Positions 29,084 through 46,429 of a stretch of DNA of 64,000 nt are shown one piece after another. Origin of the DNA: the human T2T-CHM13v2.0 reference genome, Homo sapiens. Where the stretch lies: the NCBI RefSeq assembly GCF_009914755.1, contig NC_060933.1. One strand, 5' to 3'. Every line of letters begins with the position of its first letter. Position 1 is the first letter of the stretch. The position numbers and the translations under genes were made by a program. The notes beneath the pieces are model-generated. The model was not told the origin of the DNA. It worked only from the letters and a program-made list of their open reading frames with translations, and searched no databases.

Positions 29084-29710
29084 CTAGGGAAATCACAGCC
29101 TATCTGACAGGATTATGGAGTGCTCTAGGGCCTTGCACATGTCCCCCAACCCCCAGCCTCCAGAGCTCACTTCTGACTTGATTTAATGAGATGATGCAGT
29201 GATTTGTATAACTCTAAGCTCCTTCTCCCTTTGTGTCACTGAATCAGCCTAACATTATTATCCCAACCCACAAGAGGGTGAGGGAGAGGGAGACAGGCTG
29301 AAGGAGAGGAGGTGACTAGCAAAGGTTTTGTATCCTTTGCTAAGGATACAAGAAGTGGGAGAGCCAGGCTCAGGTCAACTTGAATACAAAGATCCCACCC
29401 CATCCCCACCCCACCAAACGTATATTCATGAACACACACACACATACAGACACACATACACACACAGATCTAGCCATTTGGCAGCCCAGTAATATACGTA
29501 TTGTTACTATTTCCATTGTATAGATGAGAAAACTGAGACTCAAAGAGGTTAGATACTTGCTCAGAGTAACACAGCTATGTAGGAAAAACCAAGTAGGAAA
29601 AATACATTCTTATTGCCATAACAAGCAACTAGACCAAGGATTTGGAAGCAGAAGAGATAAAAAGACATGAATCCCAATGATTTGGCTTTATGCCATCTCT
29701 ATCATTTTAG

Positions 29711-30041
<331 letters not shown>

Positions 30042-30894
30042 GAGTCTGGGATTCTTAGGATGGGTGTGGTGGAAACACTGAGCCATCACTTTATCCAACC
30101 TATTTTATCCCCAAGTGGCCAAGTTGGGGCACAGAGTGGGCTAAGTATGAGCCTAGTGTCGCACAGTCTGTGAGTGAGGGTCCAACCTACAACCCAGGCA
30201 GATCTCACTCCCTCCTAATGTTCCTTCCTCCTAAAGAAATGTCTTGGAGCCAGGCAATTATGATTTTGAGATTATTTCCCACTTTCACGTTTGACCCTGA
30301 AGAGAATCAGAAACAAGAACTTTATGACATTGTTTCAGACATCAATGGAAAGGTGAGGTGGGCAGGAACCCTGAGACAAGCCCTGGGGAATGGCAGACAT
30401 ATTGCCTGCACTTAATTCTGTTTGGCAGCAAAGGCAGAGCTAGGTTTGATCTTTGGCAGAAATGACATTTCTTGGACAGTTATCTCCCTTGCATTCTTGT
30501 TACCCCTAGATGACCCATAGCCGGACATCCTCATCAGGGTCATCTTCTGCCTACATGTTGGAACTTAGGGAAATTTCATAGCTTCATTTGATAGCCAGTT
30601 ACTAGCTGAGTGGGTCTAGCAAGTGATGTAACCTCTCTGAGCCTCCATGTACTCATTTGTAAAATGGGGATGAATGAAGTACTTGCCATGCCTACTTCAC
30701 AAGATGTTGATATATGTCAGATGGGTCTACTTATGTTAGGAGGGCTTTGTGATGTCATGGCCAAATATAAGTTGTTAATGTGACCATTAGTGGCCATGGG
30801 CCAGCTATAAGCAGCCAGGTCAAGAGGCCAGCTTCCACAGACGGGGTGGGACACGGTAAGGGCATAGAGGCAGAGGAGAAGGGAAAAAAAGCTA

Positions 30895-30970
30895 TCAGGC
30901 TGGTACAAAAGCAATTGCAGTTTTTGCCATTAAAAGTAAAAAAATTGCAATTACTTTTGCATCAATTTAA
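30895..30970. mobile_element. MADE1 (Hsmar1-derived MITE)
   Basis: tcaggctggtacaaaagcaattgcagtttttgcc...attgcaattacttttgcatcaatttaa; TA on the left. Confidence 0.9.
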
Positions 30971-31173
30971 TGTATCTACACACTTGTTGAGCACAGTCTA
31001 CCAGGCATCTTCTATTCATGATCTCATTTCAACCACACCATCAAGCTATGAAGGAGATATTTGTAGTGTGTTGAATGATGACCTCTGAAAAGTTATATCC
31101 ATGTTCTAACTCCTGGAACTTATGAATGTGACCTTCTTTGGAAAAAGGGTCTTTGCAGATGTAATTAAGTTAA

Positions 31174-31526
<353 letters not shown>

Positions 31527-31715
31527 CCAGTGATAGATGTTTTTATAAGAGACACACAGAGGAGAGATACACAGGGGAAAGAGATGGCCATGTGAAGATG
31601 GTGTTGGAAATTGGAGTTATGCAACTCCAAGTCAAGGAACACCCAGAGCCACTAGAAGAGACGAAGAAGGGTTCTTCCTTATGTATACACTTCAGAGGGA
31701 GTGTAGCCTTACTGA

Positions 31716-32018
<303 letters not shown>

Positions 32019-32199
32019 CCAACTGATACTTTGATTTACAGAACTGTGAGAGAATACGTTTCTGTTTTAAGCCATGAAGTTTGGGATCATCTGTTATGGC
32101 AATCCTAGGAAACTCATGCAGATTATCTTTATCTCCATTTTCCAAATGAGAAAACTGTATCAGAGAGGGTAAGTGTTTTTTGCAAAGCCACCTAGCTCA

Positions 32200-32567
<368 letters not shown>

Positions 32568-33344
32568 TTAAGGCAGAGGATTTCCTGAGGAGAAATGCCC
32601 CTTCCAGTAATCCCACAAAAGGTGGTGAAGAGGGGATTTTGAGGGGAATTTTGGTGGTTGTATTTCAGAGATGGTCCCAAGGCCAGTGGTTTTGGGGAAC
32701 ACTGGTTGGGCAGCTCATCCATGGGGCACCCAGGCGGCAACTTTTCAGCTAAGTCAGCAAGAAGGCTCACACCAGTCTGAGCTTGGAGAAACACAGATTT
32801 CTTTCTTCCTTTTTTAAAAAAATTCATCCTTCTCTCTCTCTTTTTTTAAACATAAGCCAGGCTGGGAGGAGCCTCAACAAGGAAGGAAATCAATAGGAAA
32901 TGCCTTTAGAAAATGAGATTTTTTTGAAAGCATGTCATGTCTTCATTTTTGATGCAAAGTATTGGGCCCTGCAATTTGAAACAGGAAACAGCAGAAAGCA
33001 AAGGCAGCCAATGTGAGGACATGCTGAGGTCCCTCCTTTCAGAAGCCAGCTGTAACGACAGGGCTGGCAGCAGTGGATACGGGGCCAAGTCACATGGAGG
33101 CCAGTTGAGGAAACAGTGGGTGTTGGCCTGGAGAAGAGCAGTCTTGGGCAGGACATAAGAGTTTTATTTGCACAACTAAAGGGCTGTCATAGGGCAGTGG
33201 GAGCAGGTATGTTCTGACGGGGTCCAAGGTGAGGAACTAAAACCATTGGTCTGGCTATATCACAGGGAAGCAATAGAAGAAAATAGTTAAAGGCTGTAGA
33301 GCCAGGGGCTCAAATCTCAACTTCACCACTGGTTAGTATTATTA

Positions 33345-33481
33345 AATTTTTAGAGACAGGGTCTTGCTGTGTTATCAGGCTAATCTCAAACTCCTGACCT
33401 CAAACAATCATCTGACCTTTGCCCCAGGGATTACAGGCAATGCCAGTGCTGTATTACGGGCATGAGCCACCTCACCTAGCC
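33345..33481 (-). mobile_element. Alu left monomer (FLAM/AluJ-like)
   Basis: Diverged left arm inside a MIR. Confidence 0.8.
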
Positions 33482-33656
33482 AATTTCACCACTTATTCAC
33501 TTGGACAGATTATTTAAGCTCTCTGGGCTTCTGCTTCTTCATCTGTAAAATGGAGCTAACAGTAATACATTTCTCATGGAGTTATTGAGAGGATTAGATG
33601 TATGTATAGATATAAAATTAAATTTGCCCAATTCTCTCTATTATAGTCATATATAA

Positions 33657-33964
<308 letters not shown>

Positions 33965-33969
33965 AATGC

Positions 33970-34236
<267 letters not shown>

Positions 34237-34267
34237 CTATAGATATATGTCTCAACAACTGTCTTTT

Positions 34268-34572
34268 GTCTGGGTGTAGTGGCTCACGCCTGTATCCTCA
34301 CACTTTGGAAGGCAGAGGTGGGAGGATCACTTGAGCCCAGGAGTTGAGACAAGCCTGTACAACTTGACCAAACCCTGTCTCTACCAAAAAAATACAAAAA
34401 TTAGCTGGGCATGGTAGCATGCACCTGTAGTCCCAGCTATTCAGGAGGCTGAGGTGGGAGGATGGCTTGAGAATGGGAGATGGAGGTTTCAGTGAGGTGA
34501 GCTGAGATTGTGTCACTGTACTCGAGCATGGGTGACAGAGCCAGGCCCTGTTGCAAAAGCAACAACAACAAC
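34268..34572 (+). mobile_element. AluJ-like
   Basis: ggatcacttgagcccagg. Confidence 0.93.
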
Positions 34573-34637
34573 ATCTTTTTCTCTGCATATGACTGTATGG
34601 ATATTTTATTTCTCTACCTATAGTCAGTCACATGTAG

Positions 34638-35181
<544 letters not shown>

Positions 35182-35491
35182 GAACAGCTCTTGGAACAGT
35201 ACCCTGTAGATGTTAGCTATTTTTAGCTCTTCTTGGAGAAACCAAGGAAGACTTTCTAGAGGACACAGAGCTGGGATTTAAAAGGTGGATATGGGATACA
35301 TCTGAGCAAGGGCATGGCTAGGAGGAGGGCTGGCAAGCACAGAGGCGAGGAGAGACCCCTCCTGGTATGTTGGGCTGCTCCATGTAGTGTAGCATCCTGT
35401 AGGGAAAGCAATGAGAGATGGGGTTGGAGGAGCTGCCAGGGCTGGTTCATGGAGAGCTGAGCATCTGAGTTAGGAGCTTGGTCCTGTAGAT

Positions 35492-35670
35492 CAGTGCTGC
35501 TTAAACTTGAGCATGCATCAGAATTATCTAGAGGGCTCATTAGAACACACGCTGTTGGGTCCCACCCTTAGAGATTCTGACCCAGTCGGTCCGGGGTGGG
35601 GGTTGAGAATTTGCCTGTTGAGCAAGTTCCCAGATGACACTGATGATGCTAGTCCAGGGAACATCTGGAA
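35492..35670 (-). mobile_element. MER5A
   Basis: cagtgctgcttaaacttgagcatgcatcagaat...gattctgacccag. Confidence 0.8.
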
Positions 35671-36594
35671 ACCATCCCCCTCCACTGCAGGTGGAGAACT
35701 TTGATAACTCCTGCTGTAGATCCCATAGGCAATGGGAGGATTGAGCCAGGTTCAAGGGCAGGTCTCAGGAAAAATGCACTCGGTCTTGCTACTGCTGAGG
35801 CCGCATGAGCAGCCACCTGAGACCAGAATGGAAGAGTGTCTAGAGGTGGAATAGCTGGGGCTGGCATCCTCTGTTCTCTGAGAACGGCTATAAGCCAATT
35901 TTGTTAGTAGACCCGGTGGAAGCAGAACTCAGTAGGCATGCTCCAAGGGCAGGGTGGCAGCTGGGTGCCACTCCAGGCCACTTCACCCTTGATTTTCTGC
36001 CTTTATTAAGGGTAGCCATGGAAAGGGTGACCTACTTCCTGGGGATCCCAGGGATAGACATCTGAAATCCAGACAGCAAAAGGAAACCTCTTAACTGCTG
36101 CTCCTCCAGACCCACGGCCCATGGCCTGACGCCTACCTGGGTCCCTGTCAGTAACTGCGGCGGCAGCTTCCTGGATTGCTGAGGCGGAGAGGACACCGAT
36201 CAAGGCTTCATCCCACCCTCTCTCTCTGTCAGTGCTGGGGGAAAAACAATATTTAGTTAGTTAAACACCCGGCTGCGGTTTCATTTGAAAAGCTGGATTT
36301 GATTAGGAGACTGCAGGGATTGATTTATGAGGACAGCTGAAAAAAAGAACAAGCATAAATATGGAGAACTCACCCAAATGATGACTAAGAGAGGACGAAT
36401 ATACAGAGTCCTCACAAGTGGAGACGGAAAGGACTTATTAAGGTTTTTGGTCCCATATCGGGTTTATGTAGTCACAGTTCCTGACGGTATTTTTCAAGAT
36501 CTCAGCCTAGACCTGTTTTAAGTCAAGGGGTACATTAGGTGTGGAGGTGCCCACTTTTCCTAGGAGATTTCCACCTCTGAAAGAAATAGTTTTT

Positions 36595-36700
36595 CATATA
36601 TATATAAAATGGATATATTGTATGATATATTGTAAATGAATATATTCTATATAATGATATGTAATATATATGACATAAAAATATATATGAAATATATATT
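36595..36700. repeat. AT-rich degenerate (TA)n
   Basis: Low-complexity TA tract. Confidence 0.8.
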
Positions 36701-36789
36701 TTTTTCTTCCTGTAGCAGCCTTGTAAAGGGATATTCACTAATGCATTGTTTGAAAATGAAAAATTGGAAACAGTCTAAGCTGTCCATCA

Positions 36790-37455
<666 letters not shown>

Positions 37456-38761
37456 TTACTTTTATAATTAAAAAATGATTAAAAACATAAGCAAATCTTT
37501 CCCTGAACTCCTATGGGAAGAATGACGAGAACCGCAGCTCCGGCCCCTCCATACCTTTCCTCAGGACCTCGGCAGTGTCCTTTGCTCTTCAGCCCATAGG
37601 ATCTATCTCTTGTCTTTGGGTCCTACTGGTGCCCACATGCTCCAGAAGTCCCTCCCCCGGCCTGCCCTCCAAGACTTAACCTGGCCTTGACCTGAGCGTC
37701 ATGTCAGTGTCACCCATGTGACTGGCCTCACCTCGTCTCACCTGAGCCCACACAAAGCTACTTCCTGGGGCATCTTCAAGAAAGCCCCCAGGGCTCCAGC
37801 TCTCCTCTTGGACTGGCTCTTGTAGTTTGGCATGACCCCCTTTTCCTTACCTCCCTCTCTACCTCCCCTCCTTCTCTCTACTGGAGCAGAAGAAGTGGGG
37901 GTGAGACCACATAAGCCACACCATCACACAAGGACACCCTCCAAGGTCCCACCCCACTGGGGGTCTCTGCACAGCCCCAGCCTACCTCCCTTTTTTCCTT
38001 CCCAAGATGTAACGCTTGTCTTACTGGCCCACTGCCTAGAAAGTGATGGGCAGTTGTTAACTTCTGCACTGATTCCAGAATCTCATTCCTGGGAGGTCTG
38101 GCCTGGTGGTGCCCACAGGTCAATGGTGGGCAAAAGAGAGATCTTCTGGGACACTCATGGGATCATGTTTTTCCACTTCCCTCAGTAATCTAGCCAAAAA
38201 GCACACAAGCTGAAAGCGCCTCGCTTTTGTCATTTGTAAGCTGAGAAGGCTGGCTCTGGTGGTTTCAGAACTTGCCTCCAGCTCTGACATCCAGTGTTTC
38301 CTTGCATGCCTTTGTTGGTGCTCACCTCTCCAGTGTGGCTCTTGGACCATCTGTCTCATTCCAACAGCAACCCTGTGGAGCAGGCAGGGCCGCTCACATT
38401 TTCCCCGTCCTACAGTGTATGGAGATAGCCTGCAAAGACAAGGCTTAGAGATGTCAAAGATGGCCCAAGCTCATTCAGCTGGTATCAGAGTCCTGGGCAG
38501 GAATTTGCACAGAAAGGTCTTCAGAGAGTCTATTCAGAAGTAAGAGTTTCTCTGGTGGGTAAGAGGAAAAGGATCACCCAGGCAGGGAAAGAATTGCATA
38601 AAGGAATTGGGGGTGAGAGGACGGGAGCATGGTGATTAGCTCAATGAGGCTGCAGCAAGGGAGTATGAAAAGGAATTGGATGGAGAGGTCATTGGGACAC
38701 CTTTCCGTCTCCTTATAAATAAGTCTACCTCAAATACTTCCTCCTCCAGGAAGCCTTCTGG

Positions 38762-38958
38762 CAATGGTGTACTGGTAAATGTTAAACACTCATTATCTTT
38801 CCAAAAATGAAATAAAATAAAAAGCCTTTATTTATAGTGTTGGCCAATGACCCCCTCCAGTCTGATATCAAGTTAGCAAAGTGAAGTTACTGAATGCTCA
38901 GGAAAAAATACACAGTCAGCTCTGGGAAGTAAGTAAGTGCCACCTCGAGCACACCACA
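38762..38958 (-). mobile_element. MER63-like hAT transposon
   Basis: caatggtgtactggtaaatgttaaaca...gagcacaccac terminal inverted repeats. Confidence 0.7.
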
Positions 38959-39349
38959 AGGTTACTAACTCTTCTCTCTGCCCCGAAACTTGTGGTGGCC
39001 TCTGTGGCTTAGCAACTATCACATAGCTGAAATCATCTGTGTATAGGTCTCTTACATGAGACTGTGTGAGTTTTTAAAGGTTAGCACCCATGTTTTGATT
39101 AAAGGGTTTAATGATGATTAAGTGAATTGAACCTATTATTAAAATGTGTGAATACATATAACACGCTTAGAAGTGCTCATATAAGTGAAAGCTATGCCTA
39201 CTAGCTGTTACCTTTGTCTCCCAGTAAAGGCCAGAAGCACCAAGATGTCTGTTGAAGGGATGAATTAATTCTTAACCTAAATGGGTACCCAAGCTCTGTT
39301 TTCCTTATTCTTCTTGTTTTTACAGATTATTTCTTTGCTGAAAATAAAT

Positions 39350-39487
39350 TTTTAATTTTTTTTTTTTGTAAAGATTAGGGTCTTGCTATCTTGCCCAGGC
39401 TGGTCTCAAACTGTTGGCCTCAAGTGATCTTCCCACCTTGGCTTTCCAAAGTGCTGGGATAATAAGCTTGAGCCAATAGGCCTGGCC
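39350..39487 (-). mobile_element. Alu left monomer (FLAM-like)
   Basis: Single arm. Confidence 0.85.
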
Positions 39488-39953
39488 TGTCCAAAATAAT
39501 TTAGAATTCTATGCAAGTTTTTGTTTCATGGTGAAAACTCTCTCACCAAATTCTTTTGGACAACAAGGGCCCTCCCAATCCATTCTGTCAACACTGGCAC
39601 AATCATGGTGGGGTGAATTGAATTTGGATTCTGATGGAGGCTTCTCACTTTTTTTAGCTGGGCATCTGAGTGCTGTACCTCTCTGAGCCAAGTTTCATTA
39701 TCGGAAAAAGGAAGACATGCCATCAACTTCCATGGGGTTAATGAGACCAGTAAACAAGTTTTGGAGCTGCACCAGTTGTCCTGTTCGTTTCCCATCCCCA
39801 TCCCCATGTTCTACCCTTCCCTGCCCTTCTCCGTTGGTGCCTGGAAGTCGACTGCGACAGCACTCCTTGGCCTCAGCCATCCCCTGGAACTTAGCTAGTG
39901 GGAATAGCGGCAGAAGATTGGGGGCATGTGGGAGGAGAAAGACGCTCCCTTCT

Positions 39954-40252
39954 GGCCAGGCACTGTGGCTCACGCCTGTAATCCCAGCACTTTGGGAGGT
40001 CGAGGCAGGTGGATCACGAGGTCAGGAGATTGAGACCATCCTGGCTAACATGGTGAAACCCCGTCTCTACTAAAAATACAAAAAATTAGCCGGGCGTGGT
40101 GGCACGTGCCTGTAGTCCCAGCTACTCGGGAGGCTGAGGCAGGAGAATCACTTCAACCTGGGAGATGGAGGTTGCAGTGAGCCAAGATCACGCCATTGCA
40201 TGCCAGCCTGGGCAACAGAGCGAGACGCCATCTCAAAAAAAAAATAAAATAA
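39954..40252 (+). mobile_element. Alu (Sc-like)
   Basis: gagattgagaccatcctggctaac; gctccc in both flanks. Confidence 0.96.
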
Positions 40253-41881
40253 GGCTCCCCTTTGCTTCAGCTTGGTCTGACCAATGATACATCACACATC
40301 ACAGCCTCCACGATCCAGCTCCAGCTCCCAGTGGTGGCTGCCAATCTCCTTGGGCTCCAGCTCTTAGCCAGGCATAGGGTTGAGGAGGAATTAGGTCTTC
40401 AGCCTTCTTAGTCCCAGAGTGTCTCAAAATACATTGTTATTCCATGCAATCCTACCCAGACCTTGACAAATAGTCCCTTTAATATAATTTATTTTAAGTA
40501 TCCCAGACCAGTATGTCATCTGCTTTCTGCCAGTACCTGGACAATATCAAATCTGGTGTCTGGGCTGTAAGAGAGGTTTAATAATAATAACCTGAGCAGC
40601 CAGTCTTTATTCAGGATTTAGCTTGGGCATTATGGCCAGTCATTTTTCTGTTTCAGTTTTTTTAAGAACCATTATATCATTGAATCTTCACAAAGGCGCT
40701 GTGTGGGAGATATTAATTATTATACCCATTTTGCAGATGAGAAAAGTAAAGCTTTAAGGTGTTAGTGATTAGCTAAGTCATCCAGCTAGTATGCAGGGGA
40801 ATCAGGATTCAAATTAGTTGATGTTAATAATACTGTTATTTGGCGAACAGGGACCAAATCTTAGACTCTGACTCTCACTGCAGTCTTGTACCCAGAAGTG
40901 CTCGGCAGACACTCGCTGATGGATGGAGGCTTGTAGTTCAGAGCCCTAAGTTTCTGCCTCATCTGTGTTTTCCGGGAGTTCTCCCTGTGGCTTCAGGGCC
41001 ACACGTGCCTCTACAGACCCTTGCTTCTTGTTCAGAGAGTGTCTGGGCTGCTGTGTTCCCAAACAAGCCCTGGGGATGGAGTTTTTCTTTCATTACTTCT
41101 TGCCCATATTTCTACACACTCTGAGCTGCCAGCACAGCCTCCTTGTTCCTCCACCCTCCTGGTCACTCATGCCCACTGGTGTTTACAATACGCCTCCAGC
41201 ATCTGTGGACTTCATTACAGCCTGTGCTACACCCTCTTCCTGCTCATCGGTGCAGACTGCATGAGGCCAGACTGAACACAGCTCCCCAGGGTGCCTGCCA
41301 GACACTTCCACCAGCCCTGCCAGATTCCCTTCTCTGGGGACAGCCAGCCAACCTCTAATCCAGGTGTCTCTGCAGGATAAACATTCCCCATGGGGCACCA
41401 AAGCCATATTCTGTTCTAGCCTGTGCTATAGTTAGCACTATTTGGAGAGTGACTTAGAGCATTAGTTTTGGAGTCAGGAAGACCTGCCACTTAGTAGCGC
41501 TGTGATCTTGGTTCAGTAGACTAACTTCTCTGACCCTCGTGTTCCTAGTCTGGAAAACTGAAGATAAATAGAGTTGAGAAATGGGATTGTTCCATGGAAA
41601 GCACCTGGCTCATCTTAGGCACAGAATTCATTCTCTCTTCCTCCTAAAGACCACTCTGGGGATACTAACGAGCAAGAAGTAGAGTACATTTGTCATTTAT
41701 TTGCTTATTTTTGTAGTGCTCTTGACTAGGTGTTGATATATTATCAGAGATTATAAACACAATTATCCCCATTTTATAAACATTCCAAGTTCAGAGAGCT
41801 TAAGTTAATTTGCTTATATTCACCCAAATAACAGGTTGGGTTTACCATTGACCCTAATTTAAACTGACTCTCTATTTTTAA

Positions 41882-42331
<450 letters not shown>

Positions 42332-43038
42332 TGAAAGTAGTTGTCATTTGTGACTCCATAATCTCATTATCTAGTTTTCTCTGCTCCTTGGATGAGCTGA
42401 ACTTTCCAAGCCCTTTTTGAGATATTGCCTATCAAGGATGAAATGCAGGAAAGTCATACTCTCAGTGGACTGACATGGGAGTGTTTATTCCGTAGGACTC
42501 AAGTCAGGACTTGGGTTGGGGCTAAAGTCGGGGATGGTCTGGATGACAGAATGAATTTGACATCATTGTCATTGTTATGCATTTTCTCCTTATTAAGCTC
42601 AGAAGTTGAGGCATGTTTAAGAGTTTCTTTCTTCTTATATCATTGTTTTATTTGAGAATTTAAATAGGGCTGTGAGCTTTCACTCACCACCATATTATGA
42701 GCTCCCTGCTGGGTCTCACTGATCTCTGAACCTTGTATGGCCCCTTCTACAGTGCTTTGCATACAATGGCGGACAAACTTGAATGAACGAACATTTATGG
42801 AGCACTCTATTGTTCTCTATATTATTCTGTTTGCTTGCATGGATAGCGGTGGACACTGGTTCTGAACCTGATTGGACCTTCCGGCTCTACATGTAGTGCT
42901 TTCCTCACACTTCAGCTGTCCGGCAATATCTCTATCAATGATGGTTGTTGAGCAAGATTTGTCTTTTCTTTTAAAGACTGCCAGTGATGTCATATATGGT
43001 GTTGGGGGAAGGAAGGTGAATAAGAAATATATAGAGAG

Positions 43039-43309
43039 GGCTGGGCGTGGTGGCTCAGGCCTGTAATCCCAACACTTTGGGAGGACGAGGTGGGTGGATC
43101 ATGAGGTCAGGAGATTGAGACCATCCTGGCCAACATGGTGAAACCCTGTCTCTACTAAAAATACAAAAATTAGCCAGGAGTGGTGGTGTGCACCTGTAGT
43201 CCCAGCTACTCAGGAGGCTGAGGCAGGAGAATCACTTGAACCCCGGAGGCAGAGGTTGTACCACTGCACTCCAGCCTGGGCAACAGAGTGAGATTCCATC
43301 TCAAAAAAA
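43039..43309 (+). mobile_element. Alu (Sc-like)
   Basis: Forward Alu with small right-arm deletion. Confidence 0.96.
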
Positions 43310-43899
43310 TGTATATATATATACAGATATATATACACACACAGAGAGAGAAAGGCAATTTTGGAAGGAGGGTGAGTGAAGCAGGCATGATCTCTCTTCA
43401 CAGACAGGATTATAACGAGCCTCAGTTGACTGGGTGGTTCCCTCGGCATGTGAGAGTAAAGAGGTTGAAAGAAACCAATGTGTTATCATGGGAACTGTCC
43501 CAGTTTTATAATCTTCATTTATTAAAAGGGCTGAAAATGAACACATGGAGAGCAGGGAAAATTCAGTGAATGGGAAGTAATGCAGGCTAATAATTTAAAT
43601 ACAAGTTTTGAAGTGGGAAATCAGAGAGTGGAGAAATATTTTGAGGAGTCTTTGAGCTGCTCAAATTGCTTTTCCTGGTTAAGAAATAATTGGCTGCAGG
43701 TGAGGAAAAGAATTACGGTTCTGTATCTGAAAAAGATGCATTGAGGTTAGTGCTTCTTGGCCAAAAAGATATCAACCAAGGAGCATCTCAAGGAGAGGGG
43801 GAACGGTCCTCTGTGCAGGATGGCCACTTGTCTGAGCAGGAGATGCCTGACAGAGCTCCTGGAAGGTGAAAGGACCTGAGGTGAAATTGTTGATGGAAT

Positions 43900-44430
43900 T
43901 AGTCTGATTGCAAAAATGGTCACAAATTATTCCCCACCCTGTATGTATATCCCTGTGTGATGTAACAGCAATTCCTCTCATCAGGAGGTGACATCTATTT
44001 CTCCAGCCCTACCATCTTGCCTTGGCCATGATTCCAACATGTGACTTATTTGGTCAGTAAGAGAGTAGCAAATGTGATGCAGTCAGAGGCTTGAAAAATG
44101 CTTCAGGTTGAGAATTGCCTTCTCCTGATGCCCTTGGTTACACTGCAACCACCAGCACATGAATAAGCCCTGGGCAGCCTGCTGGATGACAAGAGACACA
44201 TAGCCCAGTTGCTTCCATCACCCTGCTGAAAGCCAGATGTCTGAGGCTGCTGATGGCCAGCAGATCTCAGGTAAATGAGGGGGCCCAGTTGATTCCACAT
44301 GGAATACATGAGCTGTCACAGCTGATCCCCACTCAAACTGTTGACTCTCAGAATCATACACAAATAAACAGTTGTTGTGTTGAACGCTAAGTTTTGGGAT
44401 TATTTGTTATACAGCAAAAACTAACTGATG
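43900..44430 (+). mobile_element. MLT1F-like MaLR LTR
   Basis: ttgcaaaaatggtcacaa...cagaggcttgaaaaatgc...ttgttatacagcaaaaactaactga. Confidence 0.8.
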
Positions 44431-44879
44431 CAAAGTATACGCAACAGATGGCAAGCAGCAAGTAGGGAAAGAAAAATGCACTTGACATAGGTGTAGATCA
44501 GGAGTTGGCAAACTATTGCCCATGAGCCAAATACAGCCCACCACCTCCTAGGAAGTCATCCTGAAAGTCAAATTATATAAAACAGTGCATAAAAATATAT
44601 ATAGAGAGAAGGGTAATTTTGGTGTTAAAGATTATTTACATTTAACATTTTTATAAACATTCTCCAATTGCCTTCCAGAAGCTGTTTTGACTTATACTCT
44701 TACCAATAATGATTAGAGAAAATAGACACTATTGATGTGTAACATAGATCATTTCATCTCCCAGAACACAGAGGATGCAACTAGAGGAACAGAAATAAAT
44801 TTATCTTGCAAGGAGGAACTGGGTTAACCTTGGGAGAAATTGACCATGTCATTTTAGAGTTCCTGATAGTCTAAGGGAA

Positions 44880-45360
44880 CAGTGAAGGTGCTGTTTGGAA
44901 GACAGGTTCTACAAAGCTCTTCAGAGGCTGAAAAGATAAGCCCAATCTAGGCTGATGAGATATCAATAGAGATTGATGTCAATTTCTGCATCTGGGCTCA
45001 AGTAAACAATAGCATTAACACATGGTGGGAACCCAGTGACTTCAACACCACGAGGTGTGAAAAAGACCAGGGAGCTCAATAAGAATCAGCAGTGGGGTGT
45101 GCCTCCATCAATGCTAGTCACACTATTGGCTGCTTGGTGAGTGCTCCCTTCTACTCTGGGCTGCTGAGACCATATCCACATCACTGGGTTCCATTCTGGC
45201 TACTGTACTCTGAGGGGGTGAAAATTACCTGGGTGGGAGAAGGTGCTTTTGAGGAGAGAATGTAGGATGCTGAAGGACTCCAGTTCATTTCATTTGGAGA
45301 AATTTTGAATGTGCCAGGAAGCCTTAATTTAGAGAAGACTCAGAAGGGACGTGAAAAGCA
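44880..45360 (+). mobile_element. L3/CR1 LINE remnant
   Basis: tttctgcatctgggc...gtgtgaaaaagaccaggg...ccttctactctgggctg...ttccattctgg. Confidence 0.6.
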
Positions 45361-45467
45361 TTTTTCAGTATTTGTGTTTTACAGTAAAAATATCTTTGTT
45401 ATTTTTTAAATTATAAAATTATAGATAATACAAAAAGGTGAACACAACGAAAAAAAGGTAAAGAAGA

Positions 45468-45786
<319 letters not shown>

Positions 45787-45902
45787 TTATCTTGAATTGT
45801 ATTATATAAGAGGAATATTACTGATATCTTGATGAACATTGCTCTAGACAGCACACTGCAAATACATGCACATACAATATACATATAATTTTACATAAAA
45901 GG

Positions 45903-46277
45903 TGATATGGTTTGGCAGTGTCCCCACCCAAATGCCATCTTGAATTGTAACTCCCACAATTCCCACATGTTGTGGGAGGAACCAGATGGGAGGTGATTGA
46001 ATTATGGGGGCAGATCTTTCCTGCACTGTTCTTATGATAATGAATGAGTCTCACGAGACCTGATGATTTTAAAAACGGGAGTTTCCCTGCACAAGCTCTC
46101 TCTTTGCCTGCTGCTATGTGACTTGCTGTAAGATGTGACTTGCTCCTCCTTGCCTTCCGCTATGATTGTGAGGTCCCCCAGCCATGTGGAACTGTTAAGT
46201 CCATTAAACCTCTTTCTTTTATAAATTGTCCAGTCTCGGGTGTGTCTTTATCAGCAGTGTGAAAGCAGATAAATACA
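45903..46277 (+). mobile_element. THE1 (C-like) solo LTR, ERVL-MaLR
   Basis: tgatatggtttggc...ataca; 5-bp TSD aaagg/gaagg. Confidence 0.92.
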
Positions 46278-46429
46278 GAAGGTGTAATATTAATTTTTTA
46301 ATTACTCAACATTATGTAATGGACATATTTCAGTGTCAACTAGGTTATCACATTTAATAGCTATTTAGAATTTCATTGCATGTTTTGACCATAATTTATA
46401 TAACCAATTTCCTATTAATAGAAATTTAA

